DNA from: Candidatus Latescibacterota bacterium
Lineage (GTDB): Bacteria; Latescibacterota; UBA2968; UBA8231
DNA: 64,000 nucleotides
NCBI GenBank assembly: GCA_963422735.1
Contig: OY730476.1
Span: 4,078,847-4,142,846, forward strand
Reading direction: 5' to 3'
In this document: piece after piece, positions 1 through 7,920 of the stretch
Numbering within the stretch: position 1 is the first letter of the stretch
Layout of the letters: each line of letters begins with the position of its first letter
Made by a program: the position numbers and the translations under genes
The notes under the pieces: generated by a model
Database searches by the model: none
What the model saw: the letters and a program-made list of their open reading frames with translations, nothing else
What the model was told of the DNA's origin: nothing

Positions 1-1
1 A

Positions 2-166
2 CTCAACGCGCTCTACGCCAAGCAGACCGGCCAAGATGTCGAGAAAATCGCCAAGGACACGGACCGCGACTTTTTCATGTCGGCCGAGGAAGCCAAGGCA
101 TACGGTCTGATCGACGACGTGATCATCACCACGGCACCCTCGCCCAACGGGTACAGCAAAAAGTAG
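2..166 (+). CDS. clpP: ATP-dependent Clp protease proteolytic subunit, C-terminal fragment (5' end lies outside the window)
   Basis: Own translation of frame 2 gives [54 protein letters not shown]. This parallels the C-terminus of the complete ClpP at 54681-55289 ([21 protein letters not shown]). Confidence 0.8.
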   Translation, partial: LNALYAKQTGQDVEKIAKDTDRDFFMSAEEAKAYGLIDDVIITTAPSPNGYSKK

Positions 167-194
167 CACTGTCCCTTCGTCTCTTGTTCGCCGC

Positions 195-222
195 GCCGGT
201 CCCAAACGGGGTCGGCGTTTTT
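195..222 (+). terminator. Rho-independent terminator-like hairpin after the clpP fragment
   Basis: 9-bp stem GCCGGTCCC / GGGGTCGGC (two G-U pairs), AAAC loop, followed by GTTTTT. It overlaps the stop codon of the convergent mutM. Confidence 0.55.
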
Positions 223-1027
223 ATTGGCAACTTGGGCAATAGAAGGTGCTTCGGCCTCCCAAGTAGAGGCTCTCGATGGGCGCATCGCAGACGCGGCAAC
301 CCTCGCCTTGGCGGCCGTACACGTGGAGCCGCTGCTGGAAGCGCCCGCCCGCGCCCGACCCCTGATAGTCGCTGATGGTTGTGCCGCCTTGGTCGATGGC
401 GACGCGCAGGACTTTTTTGATCTCCTTGACGAGCAGGGCCAAGCGCGGCGGATCAATGGCCGCGGCCGGAGTCGCCGGATGAATGCGCGCCCGGAAGAGG
501 GCTTCGCTGGCGTAGATATTGCCCACGCCGACGACTGTGCGGCTGTCCATAATGAGGTTCTTGATCGGGCTTTTGCGCCGCTGGCATTGGGCTTGGAGAT
601 AGCGGGCATTGAAGGAGCGGGAGAGGGGCTCGGGGCCGAGGTTTTGCAAGTGCCGGCACGTGTGCTCCTCGCCCTCGTCGAGCACCAGCACCAAGCCAAA
701 GCGTCGCGGGTCGTTGAACGCCACGGCACCCCCATCGGCAAACTCAAAGCCCACGTGGTCGTGCTTGGTGCCCCACGGCCGCAGGAGCAGATTGCCGCTC
801 ATGCCGAGATGTACCAAAAGCGTCCGGTCCGATTGCAGATCAAGGAGAAGAAATTTGGCGCGGCGGCGAGCGGCCGCAAAGCAGTCCCCGACCAAGGAGC
901 GCAGCGCGGCCCTCGGCAGAGGCTCGCGCAGGCGTTTCGCACTGACGCGGACGCGGGTGATCGGACGGTCTAGCAGGTGGCACTCCATCGCACTGCGGAC
1001 GGTTTCGACCTCGGGTAACTCGGGCAT
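221..1027 (-). CDS. mutM: Formamidopyrimidine-DNA glycosylase (Fpg/MutM)
   Basis: ORF 221..1105(-) trimmed to the internal Met that yields MPELPEVETVR, the canonical Fpg N-terminus. C-terminal zinc finger CRVC...FYCPSCQ. Confidence 0.9.
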   Translation of the reverse strand: MPELPEVETVRSAMECHLLDRPITRVRVSAKRLREPLPRAALRSLVGDCFAAARRRAKFLLLDLQSDRTLLVHLGMSGNLLLRPWGTKHDHVGFEFADGGAVAFNDPRRFGLVLVLDEGEEHTCRHLQNLGPEPLSRSFNARYLQAQCQRRKSPIKNLIMDSRTVVGVGNIYASEALFRARIHPATPAAAIDPPRLALLVKEIKKVLRVAIDQGGTTISDYQGSGAGGRFQQRLHVYGRQGEGCRVCDAPIESLYLGGRSTFYCPSCQ

Positions 1028-1129
1028 GGGCAGAGTATATAAGCCGCCCATAGAGGCGTCAAACATTGCCGACCGGTCTGCGGTTGGTATATTGAAAACC
1101 CTCACCTCAAAACGCAGGAGCTATTACTC

Positions 1130-2431
1130 ATGGATCTGACAAGACAACCACCCCGTCGCCCCTCCAACGCCCGCGTCGCCGGCATCGTCGGGCTGGCGCG
1201 CATGATCGACAAGGCACGCGGGCACAACGCGGAGACCATCGGCGAGTTCAAGTATGGAGAGGACTCTGGCCTCGATGTCGAAGTGCTCGAATTCATCAAT
1301 ATAAACGCCGCCGAGTTCGCCGAGGCCGTCGGCAAACTGGACGACGAAGCTTTGGGCGAATTGGCTTTGGAAAGAGCGCAGAAGAGCCAAGCGGAGATCG
1401 ATGTCTTCAACGAGGAACACCTCACCCGCGAGCCGCAAGACGAGCTACACGAGCGGCTGCTCGTCGAGCGGATCGCCCGGTACGCCCCGGAGCGCACGGA
1501 CATCAAGACGGTCTTCGCTTCCATCGAATTGGACGACTGGGGCGCGTTCAGGGACCTAGACCTGACCTCCCAACCGCCGTGCAGTCCGTACCTCCGCAGC
1601 GTCTTCGGCGTGGCGGGTGCAGCGCGCATGGCCGACAAGGCACGGGCCGCCACCTGCGGCAAGTTAGGCGAGTACCGCTTTGGTGCCGACTCCAGCCAAG
1701 ACGCCGCCATTTTGGATTTTTTGGGCATTGACGAGGACGCCTTTCGCCAAGCCGCGTACGAAAATCCCAACGACGACGAGCTAAGCGAGTGGATCGCCGA
1801 GTGCTGCCAAAAGTCGGCCGCGGACAAAAGCGTCTTCAACGCTTGGCGCGCCAATGTCGGCCGCTACGGAGAGATGCACGAGCGGCTAAAGATGCGTCGG
1901 GCCGAAGTCGCGCCCGAGCGCGAGGACATAGAGACCTTCTTTGACTTACAAGACCTCGACGACGAGTTGAGCTTTGGGCTGACGGACTTGCGCCGGCACC
2001 CGCCGCGCAGCGCGTTTGATCTGAGCGTGGGCGGCCTCGCCTGCCTAGCGCGGATGATCGACAAATTTCGCGCGGCACGCTGCAATGGTCTGGGCGAGTA
2101 CTGGTGCGGCGAGGATTCGGGGTTCGACCGTGCGATTCTGGACTTTCTCGACCTCGACGAGGAGGCTTTCGCCGAGGCGATCGCGGCCAACGGAACCGAC
2201 GAGGCGGTGGTGGCGTGGCTGGGCGAGCGGCTAGCCGACAAGAGCGAGGAAGAGAAGGCGCAGTTTAACCAACGGCTCCTGACCGCCAGCCCGCGCAACA
2301 ATCGGCAGCAGAGCTTTTTGCGCGGAGCCATCGCCCGGCTCGACGCCTCGCGCACCGACATCGAGAGCTTTGCGGCCCTGACCCTGCTCGACGACAAGGT
2401 TTCCTTCGCAAGGCTCAAGGCCGGCGTCTGA
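1130..2431 (+). CDS. Protein of three tandem DUF5069-like repeats, function unknown
   Basis: 433-aa ORF divisible into three ~142-aa units (nt 1130-1555, 1556-1978, 1979-2428). Each unit carries LT..PPRSP, then ARMIDKAR, then GEY.YG.DSG.D..IL.FL. I recognise this as the DUF5069 signature. Confidence 0.7.
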   Translation: MDLTRQPPRRPSNARVAGIVGLARMIDKARGHNAETIGEFKYGEDSGLDVEVLEFININAAEFAEAVGKLDDEALGELALERAQKSQAEIDVFNEEHLTREPQDELHERLLVERIARYAPERTDIKTVFASIELDDWGAFRDLDLTSQPPCSPYLRSVFGVAGAARMADKARAATCGKLGEYRFGADSSQDAAILDFLGIDEDAFRQAAYENPNDDELSEWIAECCQKSAADKSVFNAWRANVGRYGEMHERLKMRRAEVAPEREDIETFFDLQDLDDELSFGLTDLRRHPPRSAFDLSVGGLACLARMIDKFRAARCNGLGEYWCGEDSGFDRAILDFLDLDEEAFAEAIAANGTDEAVVAWLGERLADKSEEEKAQFNQRLLTASPRNNRQQSFLRGAIARLDASRTDIESFAALTLLDDKVSFARLKAGV

Positions 2432-3123
2432 TGCTCCGCCCGCTCATCGGCATCACCAGTAGCCTAAACGCCGATGGCCAGCAAATCCTCGACCACCACT
2501 ATATAGAAGCGGTCGCGCAGGCGGGCGGGGCCCCGCTCGTGTTGCCCATGACCACAGAACGCGCTGCGCTGCAAGCGGTACTCGAGCGCATCGACGGTTT
2601 GTTGATCACCGGCGGCCCGGGCATTGAGCGCGGCCTGATCGGCACCCTGCCCAGCGATCTACCGCCGGTGGCGGCTAGGCGCGACCAAGCCGACCGCTGG
2701 AGCTTTGAGGCCGCGCAAGAGCGCCAGTTGCCGATTTTGGGCATCTGCTACGGAATGCAGTTTATCAGTGCCGAGTTGGGCGGCACGATCTGGGCGGACG
2801 TGGAGGCCCAGATCGGCGTCGAGCCGCACTCGCCGCAGCGGGTCAACGCCGAGCGCATTGAGCACGATCTCCAAGTAGAGCCGGGCGCGGTGCTGGCCGC
2901 GCTGAGCCATGCTGGCCTTTCGCGGGTCAATTCTTATCACCTGCAGGCCATTGACCAGCCCGGCGCGGGCTTGGGCGTCAGCGGGCGCAGCGGCGATGGC
3001 GTCGTGGAAGCGATTGAGAGCGCGGATGGCCGCTTGATCGGCGTACAGTTTCACCCGGAGCGGATGCTTGGGACGATTTGGTCCAAGCTCTTTGATCACT
3101 TAGTGAGCCGAGCGGCGGATTAG
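2431..3123 (+). CDS. Class-I glutamine amidotransferase / peptidase C26 (PuuD-like gamma-glutamyl hydrolase family)
   Basis: N-terminal PLIGIT, nucleophile elbow GICYGMQ, and VQFHPE near the C-terminus. The start ATG overlaps the upstream stop (TGATG). Confidence 0.8.
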   Translation: MLRPLIGITSSLNADGQQILDHHYIEAVAQAGGAPLVLPMTTERAALQAVLERIDGLLITGGPGIERGLIGTLPSDLPPVAARRDQADRWSFEAAQERQLPILGICYGMQFISAELGGTIWADVEAQIGVEPHSPQRVNAERIEHDLQVEPGAVLAALSHAGLSRVNSYHLQAIDQPGAGLGVSGRSGDGVVEAIESADGRLIGVQFHPERMLGTIWSKLFDHLVSRAAD

Positions 3124-3147
3124 GGGCCTAAAGAAGGATGGGTTTAT

Positions 3148-3460
3148 CTACTGAGTCATGCTCGGACGGAGAATGTTGATAACGCCCTCAACGACTTGTC
3201 TGAAGGCGTCTGCTGTTAGACTTCCGATCTCTTTCCGCATGAGATTGTGATTGGCAGTAAACGGTTTACTAAGGCGAGCATAGCTTATCTTATGTAAGGA
3301 ACCGGTAGCCTCACCACCCTGACCCCAGGCGATTTCGCCGTAGTCCGTCGAAAAGCCGAAATCCTCGGCCACCTGCAGGACGCGAAGGCACTCGCCGAAT
3401 TGCTAAGTGCCGAGTGCGAAGCCAAGTCGAATCATTCGCGGAGGGTGGGCTTTCTGTGAT
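3148..3460 (-). pseudogene. Toxin-like remnant (possibly MazF/PemK-type C-terminus), disrupted
   Basis: The 74-aa ORF 3148..3372 ends ...KPFTANHNLMRKEIGSLTADAFRQVVEGVINILR, which resembles the C-terminal helix region of PemK/MazF toxins. The same frame continues upstream across an in-frame TAG at 3403-3405 (CAG in the second copy). It is too short for an intact toxin. Confidence 0.35.
3325..3460. repeat. Dispersed repeat, copy 1 (~135 nt)
   Basis: Aligns by eye with 4196-4320 at roughly 85 percent identity, with an 8-nt indel (GCCGAAAA region). Confidence 0.8.
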
Positions 3461-3473
3461 AGCAGAGGAATGA

Positions 3474-4169
3474 TTGATGACTAATATGCAAAAAGACCAA
3501 ACTCTTTTTCGAGCTCAAGGTTGTTTGCTTGGCCAACTTGCGGGAGATTCGCTGGGCAGCTTAGTGGAATTCCTAAGCCCCGAGGATATTCAGCGCGAGT
3601 ACCCCGCCGGAGTCCGAAACCTCGCGGACGGCGGGATCTGGAATACGATTGCCGGGCAGCCGACAGACTAAGTGTAGCACAAGAGATACGATCCAACGCT
3701 TGCTCTTGATGCCTATATCGGCTGGCTGAACTCTGATCCGTTCGACCGCGGCTCCACCATCAGCAGTGGTCTCCAGGGTAAACGCGATTGGAACAGCCAA
3801 GCGAGCCAAGATGCGGATCAGCCCGCTGGGCATCTTCGGCGCGAACTACGGATTCAAACAGGTGGCGGAGTGGGCGTGCGAGGACGCGGCACTCACGCAT
3901 CCCCATCCGGTCTGCCAGCAAGCCCCTCGGCCATCGCCTGCGCGATCCGCACCGGATGCGAACCGCAGGACCTGTACGAACGAATCCAGACGTGGGCCGA
4001 GAAGATCCCAGCGGAATTGACGCTCATGTCGTCCATCAACGGCGCGGCCACAGCACCGCCCGCGGAGTATATGCATCAAGAAGGCTGAGTTCTGACAGCA
4101 TTCCGCAACGCGCTATGGTAACTGCTCCACGCCGAGAATCTCGAAGAACCCCGAGCGCGCGACTTATGA
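3474..4169 (+). pseudogene. ADP-ribosylglycohydrolase family gene, heavily disrupted
   Basis: Family motifs are spread over two frames: GCLLGQLAGDSLGSLVEF, GGIWNTIAGQPTD, (A)KMRISPLGIFG, ALTHPHP, VLTAFRNALW.LLHAENLEE. First in-frame stop is TAA 3669-3671, with at least three further stops and two frame changes (near 3766 and near 3900). Confidence 0.75.
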
Positions 4170-4195
4170 GCCGCTTGTGCCTAAGTAGTCTAACT

Positions 4196-4320
4196 CCAGG
4201 CGATTTTTCCGTAGTCCGCCGAAATCTTCGGCCATCTACAAGACCCGAAGGCTCTCGCCGAATTGCTGAGTGCCGAGTGTGGAGCCAAGCCGAACCACTC
4301 GCGCAAGATGGGCTTTTGAT
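4196..4320. repeat. Dispersed repeat, copy 2 (~125 nt)
   Basis: Second copy of segment 3325-3460. It ends immediately upstream of the higA-like coding region. Confidence 0.8.
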
Positions 4321-4717
4321 CATAGGTTCTATTACCACTGAACGAAGGGAGAACCCGCCGCATCCTAGCAAAGTTGTGCGCGTGTCCTGTCTGGAGCCGC
4401 TCGGCCTCAACGTCACCGAAGGCGCGAAGATTCTCGGCGTCAGTCGCCAAGTCCTCTCGAACGTAGTGAATTGTCGCGCTCGCATTTCGGCCGATATGGC
4501 GATCCGTCTCGCGAAAGCCTTCGGCTCCACGATGGAGACTTGGATACGGCTGCAAGCGGCCTACGACGTCGCGCAGAGCACTACGAGCCGCGACCCGTTT
4601 GAGGCAACAGACCGGTTCCCGAAGGATCGTACGGGCATTTTTGCTGTAAATTTGAAGTCCATGTACGAACGAAATTTGGACCTACCCGCTTCCGGCACCG
4701 AGACGTTTTTCCTGTAG
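4316..4717 (+). CDS. higA: HigA-family (XRE-type HTH) antitoxin-like protein; ends uncertain
   Basis: Core PPHPSKVVRVSCLEPLGLNVTEGAKILGVSRQVLSNVVNCRARISADMAIRLAKAFGSTMETWIRLQAAYDVAQ matches the HigA antidote pattern (HPGE.L...FLEPLGLS...A..LGVSR..LS..LNG...IS..MA.RL.KAFG....W..LQ..YDL). There is no ATG, so a TTG at 4316 is assumed. The frame has no stop until 4717 and runs into the next pseudogene. Confidence 0.65.
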   Translation: MIIGSITTERRENPPHPSKVVRVSCLEPLGLNVTEGAKILGVSRQVLSNVVNCRARISADMAIRLAKAFGSTMETWIRLQAAYDVAQSTTSRDPFEATDRFPKDRTGIFAVNLKSMYERNLDLPASGTETFFL

Positions 4718-5817
4718 GGGCCGCGACAGGCGGGCAAAAGCACCCTGCTAAAACACCAGTACGCCGACGGCCTGTGGCTTGATCTTCTAAAGGCAGACGA
4801 GTTCAGGCGCTACGTCGCCAACCCGGAGTCTTTGCGTTAAGAAATCGAGGCGACAGGGTTCGATCCCAGTCGCCAGATCGTCATTGATGAGATTCAGAAG
4901 GTATCTGCGCTGCTCGACGAGGTGCATTGGCTGATCGAAAACCGAGGATTGAGTTTCGCCCTTTGTGGCTCCAGTGCCCGCAAGGTGCGGAGCGGGGGGC
5001 CAACCTGCTCGGCGGACGGGCCGTGCGCTACCAACTACACGGGCTGACAGCGCGGGAACTCGACGCAGACTTTGATCTCACCCGCCTCCTCAACCACGGC
5101 TACCTGCCCCGAATGTACGCCAGCGCCCGTCCCGCACGGCTGCTCGACGCCTATGTCGCCGACTATCTCAAGGAGGAAGTCGCGGCCGAAGGGCTAGTCC
5201 GCAATTTGCCCGCGTTTTCCGGATTTTTGGATGTGGCCGCTCTAGGCGATACTGAAATGGTCAACTTCTCTAATATCTATCGCGCGGGAGTGCGGCGTCA
5301 CCAGTCACCGGCGAGGGGCTGCTACGAGATTCTCGAAGACGCGCTGCTTGGACGCTGGTTGCCCGCCTTCCGCAGGCGTCCCAAGCGGCGAGTGGTTGCC
5401 GCGCCTAAGTTCTGCTTTGCAGATGTCGGAGTAGCCAACCGACTCGCCCGCCGGGGCCAATTGCTGCCAGGCTCGGAGCTATACGGCAAGGCATTTGAGA
5501 ACTGGGTGTTCCACGAACTGGCCGCGTTTGCCGACTATCAAGCGTTCGATGGCGAACTGACCTATTGGCGGCTAGCCGGCGGGACCGAGGTTGATTTCAT
5601 TTTGGGCGACATGCGGCTAGCGGTCGAGGCCAAAGCGAGCAAGCACATCGTCAGCAACCACTTGAAAGGGCTGCGTAGCCTAGTGAAAGATCACCCGGGC
5701 GTCGGTCGGCGAGTGGTCGCCTGCTTTGAATCCCGCGCCCGGCGCACTGACGACGGTATCGACATCCTGCCCGCGGCCACCTTCATCCAAATGCTCTGTG
5801 ACGGCGACCTCGCCTAA
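4661..5817 (+). pseudogene. AAA ATPase with DUF4143 C-terminal domain, disrupted
   Basis: MYERNLDLPASGTETFFL*GPRQAGKSTLL has a TAG at 4715-4717 where family members have Trp before the Walker A motif. A second in-frame stop is TAA 4838-4840. There is a frame change at the G6 run 4994-4999. The C-terminal 296-aa ORF (4927..5817) carries the DUF4143-like part (NLPAFSGFLDVAA..., YWRLAGGTEVDFIL). Confidence 0.75.
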
Positions 5818-5828
5818 GCTAGCCGCCG

Positions 5829-6497
5829 TCACACATCCGCTTCTTGCTGGCTCTCCACTTGCACGAGCCGCGCTTCTTCGAGCACATAACCGCTGAGTTG
5901 GCCACCATAAACGCAGCCCGAGTCGAGGCCAATGAGATAGGGACGACCGTCGCGTTTTTTGACCACCAAGCCGCCGGGCGCGTCGTGGCCAAAGACAATC
6001 AAGGGATACTCCGGCTCGTAGAAATCGTGCCAGCGCGGGCTGGCGAGATCGTCGGTGGGCGGCCAAGTGCGGATCTTCAGGAATTCTTTGCGGCGGGTGC
6101 CTTGCAAGCCCTTTTTCGGGTGGATGCCGGCGTGGACTAGGAGGAAGGCGTCTTCCGCGATATAGAGCGGACACTGCCGGAGCCAAGCGAGGATTTCGTC
6201 GTGGACGGGCTGAAGCTGGGCGAGGGTATAGTCTTGGTCGGGGTACTTCACTTTGGGCTTGCGGCCCTTCGCCAAAGCGGTTAGCTGCTTCAAGAGGCGG
6301 GCGTCGTGGTTGCCCAAGACCATTGCGGCCCCGTTATCCTGAATTAACTGCCACGCAGCGAGTGGGTCGGGGCCGCGAGAAAAAGCATCGCCGGCCAGCA
6401 ATAAGCGATCCCGAGCGAGGTCGTAGCTTACTTTTGCAAGGAGGGCCGCAAACTCGGCAGCGCAGCCGTGGACGTCGCCGACGAAAATGGTACGCAT
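5829..6497 (-). CDS. Metallophosphoesterase (ApaH/PrpE-like phosphatase family)
   Basis: MRTIFVGDVHGC, LLLAGDAFSRGPD, VLGNHD, LLVHAG and VFGHD are the calcineurin-like phosphoesterase motifs in order. Confidence 0.8.
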   Translation of the reverse strand: MRTIFVGDVHGCAAEFAALLAKVSYDLARDRLLLAGDAFSRGPDPLAAWQLIQDNGAAMVLGNHDARLLKQLTALAKGRKPKVKYPDQDYTLAQLQPVHDEILAWLRQCPLYIAEDAFLLVHAGIHPKKGLQGTRRKEFLKIRTWPPTDDLASPRWHDFYEPEYPLIVFGHDAPGGLVVKKRDGRPYLIGLDSGCVYGGQLSGYVLEEARLVQVESQQEADV

Positions 6498-6566
6498 TAG
6501 ATTTTCCTATATTTGCGTTGCCGAGGGGCAAACGCTATCATACTCACCACTTCAAGATAGACCCTG

Positions 6567-7907
6567 ATGGAAGCTGCGACCACATTCAACCCTGCTCCGG
6601 CGTCTTGCCACGTGATGGCCAAGCCCTCGGGATCGGTTTGCAACATCGACTGCAAGTACTGCTTCTATTTGGAGAAGGAAAAACTCTACCCGGACGCGCG
6701 CAAAAATTGGCGCATGTCCGACGAGACGCTCGAACGCTACGTCAAACAGTACATCGAGGCCCAAGACGTGCCGCAGGTGGACTTCGCCTGGCAGGGCGGT
6801 GAGCCGACGCTGATGGGCGTGGACTTTTTTCGCCGCGCGGTCCAGCTACAGGAGCAGTACGCCAATGGCAAGATCGTCACCAACGCTTTCCAGACCAACG
6901 GCATCCTCCTCAACGACGAGTGGGGCGAGTTCCTCGCCGAAAACAAATTCCTAATCGGGCTGTCGATCGATGGGCCGCGCGAATACCACGACTACTACCG
7001 GGTTGACAAGGGCCAGAAGCCGACCTACGACCGAGTGTACGCCGGTCTGCAAATGCTCAAAAAGCACGCGGTGGAATTCAACACCCTGACCGTGCTGCAA
7101 AACCACAACGCCGATCATCCGCTCGAAATCTACCGCTTCCTGCGCACAGAAGGCTCGAGGTTTATGCAGTTTATTCCCATCGTCGAGCGCATCGCGCACG
7201 AGTCGGATGAGGACGGGCTGGAGCTAGTCGATCCCGAATACGAGGGCCGGGCGCCGGTTTCCAAGTGGTCGGTGGGGCCGGGGCAGTACGGCAAGTTCCT
7301 CTGCGCGATCTTTGACGAATGGGTGCGCGACGACGTCGGCCAAGTCTTTGTGCAGCTCTTCGACGTGACCCTCGGCTCGTGGCTGGGCCAGGATGCGAGC
7401 CTGTGCATCTTTGCCGAGACCTGCGGCAAAGCGCTGATCATTGAGCACAACGGCGACCTCTACTCCTGCGATCACTTCGTCTATTCGGATTATCGCTTGG
7501 GCAATGTCCACGAGGAGAGCATCCGCGACATGGTCGCCAGCCCGCAGCAGACTAGGTTCGGGCAGGACAAAAAGGACGCGTTGCCCCAGTACTGCATCGA
7601 ATGCGATTATCGCTTCGCCTGCAACGGCGGCTGTCCCAAGCACCGCTTTACCAAGACCCCGCGCGGCGAGGATGGTCTCAACTATCTGTGCAAAGGGTAC
7701 AAGATGTACTTCGGGCATGTCGATCCCTATATGCGCTTTATGGCCAACGAATTGCGGCACGGCCGACCGGCCACCGGCGTGATGGAATGGGCCAGAAAAA
7801 GGGACGCGGTCAAGGCCGCCCGGCAGCAAAAGCCCCCCGGCCGCAATGACTCGTGTTCCTGCGGCAGCGGCAAGAAATACAAGCGCTGCTGTGGCCGGGC
7901 TGCATAA
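6567..7907 (+). CDS. Anaerobic sulfatase-maturating enzyme (radical SAM/SPASM) with C-terminal SEC-C motif
   Basis: HVMAKPSGSVCNIDCKYCFY contains the CxxxCxxC radical-SAM cluster. FAWQGGEPTL is present, along with SPASM cysteines (CDHFVY, CIECDYRFACNGGCPKHR). The tail is CSCGSGKKYKRCCG. Confidence 0.85.
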   Translation: MEAATTFNPAPASCHVMAKPSGSVCNIDCKYCFYLEKEKLYPDARKNWRMSDETLERYVKQYIEAQDVPQVDFAWQGGEPTLMGVDFFRRAVQLQEQYANGKIVTNAFQTNGILLNDEWGEFLAENKFLIGLSIDGPREYHDYYRVDKGQKPTYDRVYAGLQMLKKHAVEFNTLTVLQNHNADHPLEIYRFLRTEGSRFMQFIPIVERIAHESDEDGLELVDPEYEGRAPVSKWSVGPGQYGKFLCAIFDEWVRDDVGQVFVQLFDVTLGSWLGQDASLCIFAETCGKALIIEHNGDLYSCDHFVYSDYRLGNVHEESIRDMVASPQQTRFGQDKKDALPQYCIECDYRFACNGGCPKHRFTKTPRGEDGLNYLCKGYKMYFGHVDPYMRFMANELRHGRPATGVMEWARKRDAVKAARQQKPPGRNDSCSCGSGKKYKRCCGRAA

Positions 7908-7920
7908 CGGAAAGGAAGTA

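Noticed and set aside
3788-4717. 309-aa plus-strand ORF spanning the islet
   Set aside because: Only its last ~130 codons (the higA-like part) look like protein. The rest is an Arg/Ser/Pro-rich read-through across the ARH pseudogene in a wrong frame.
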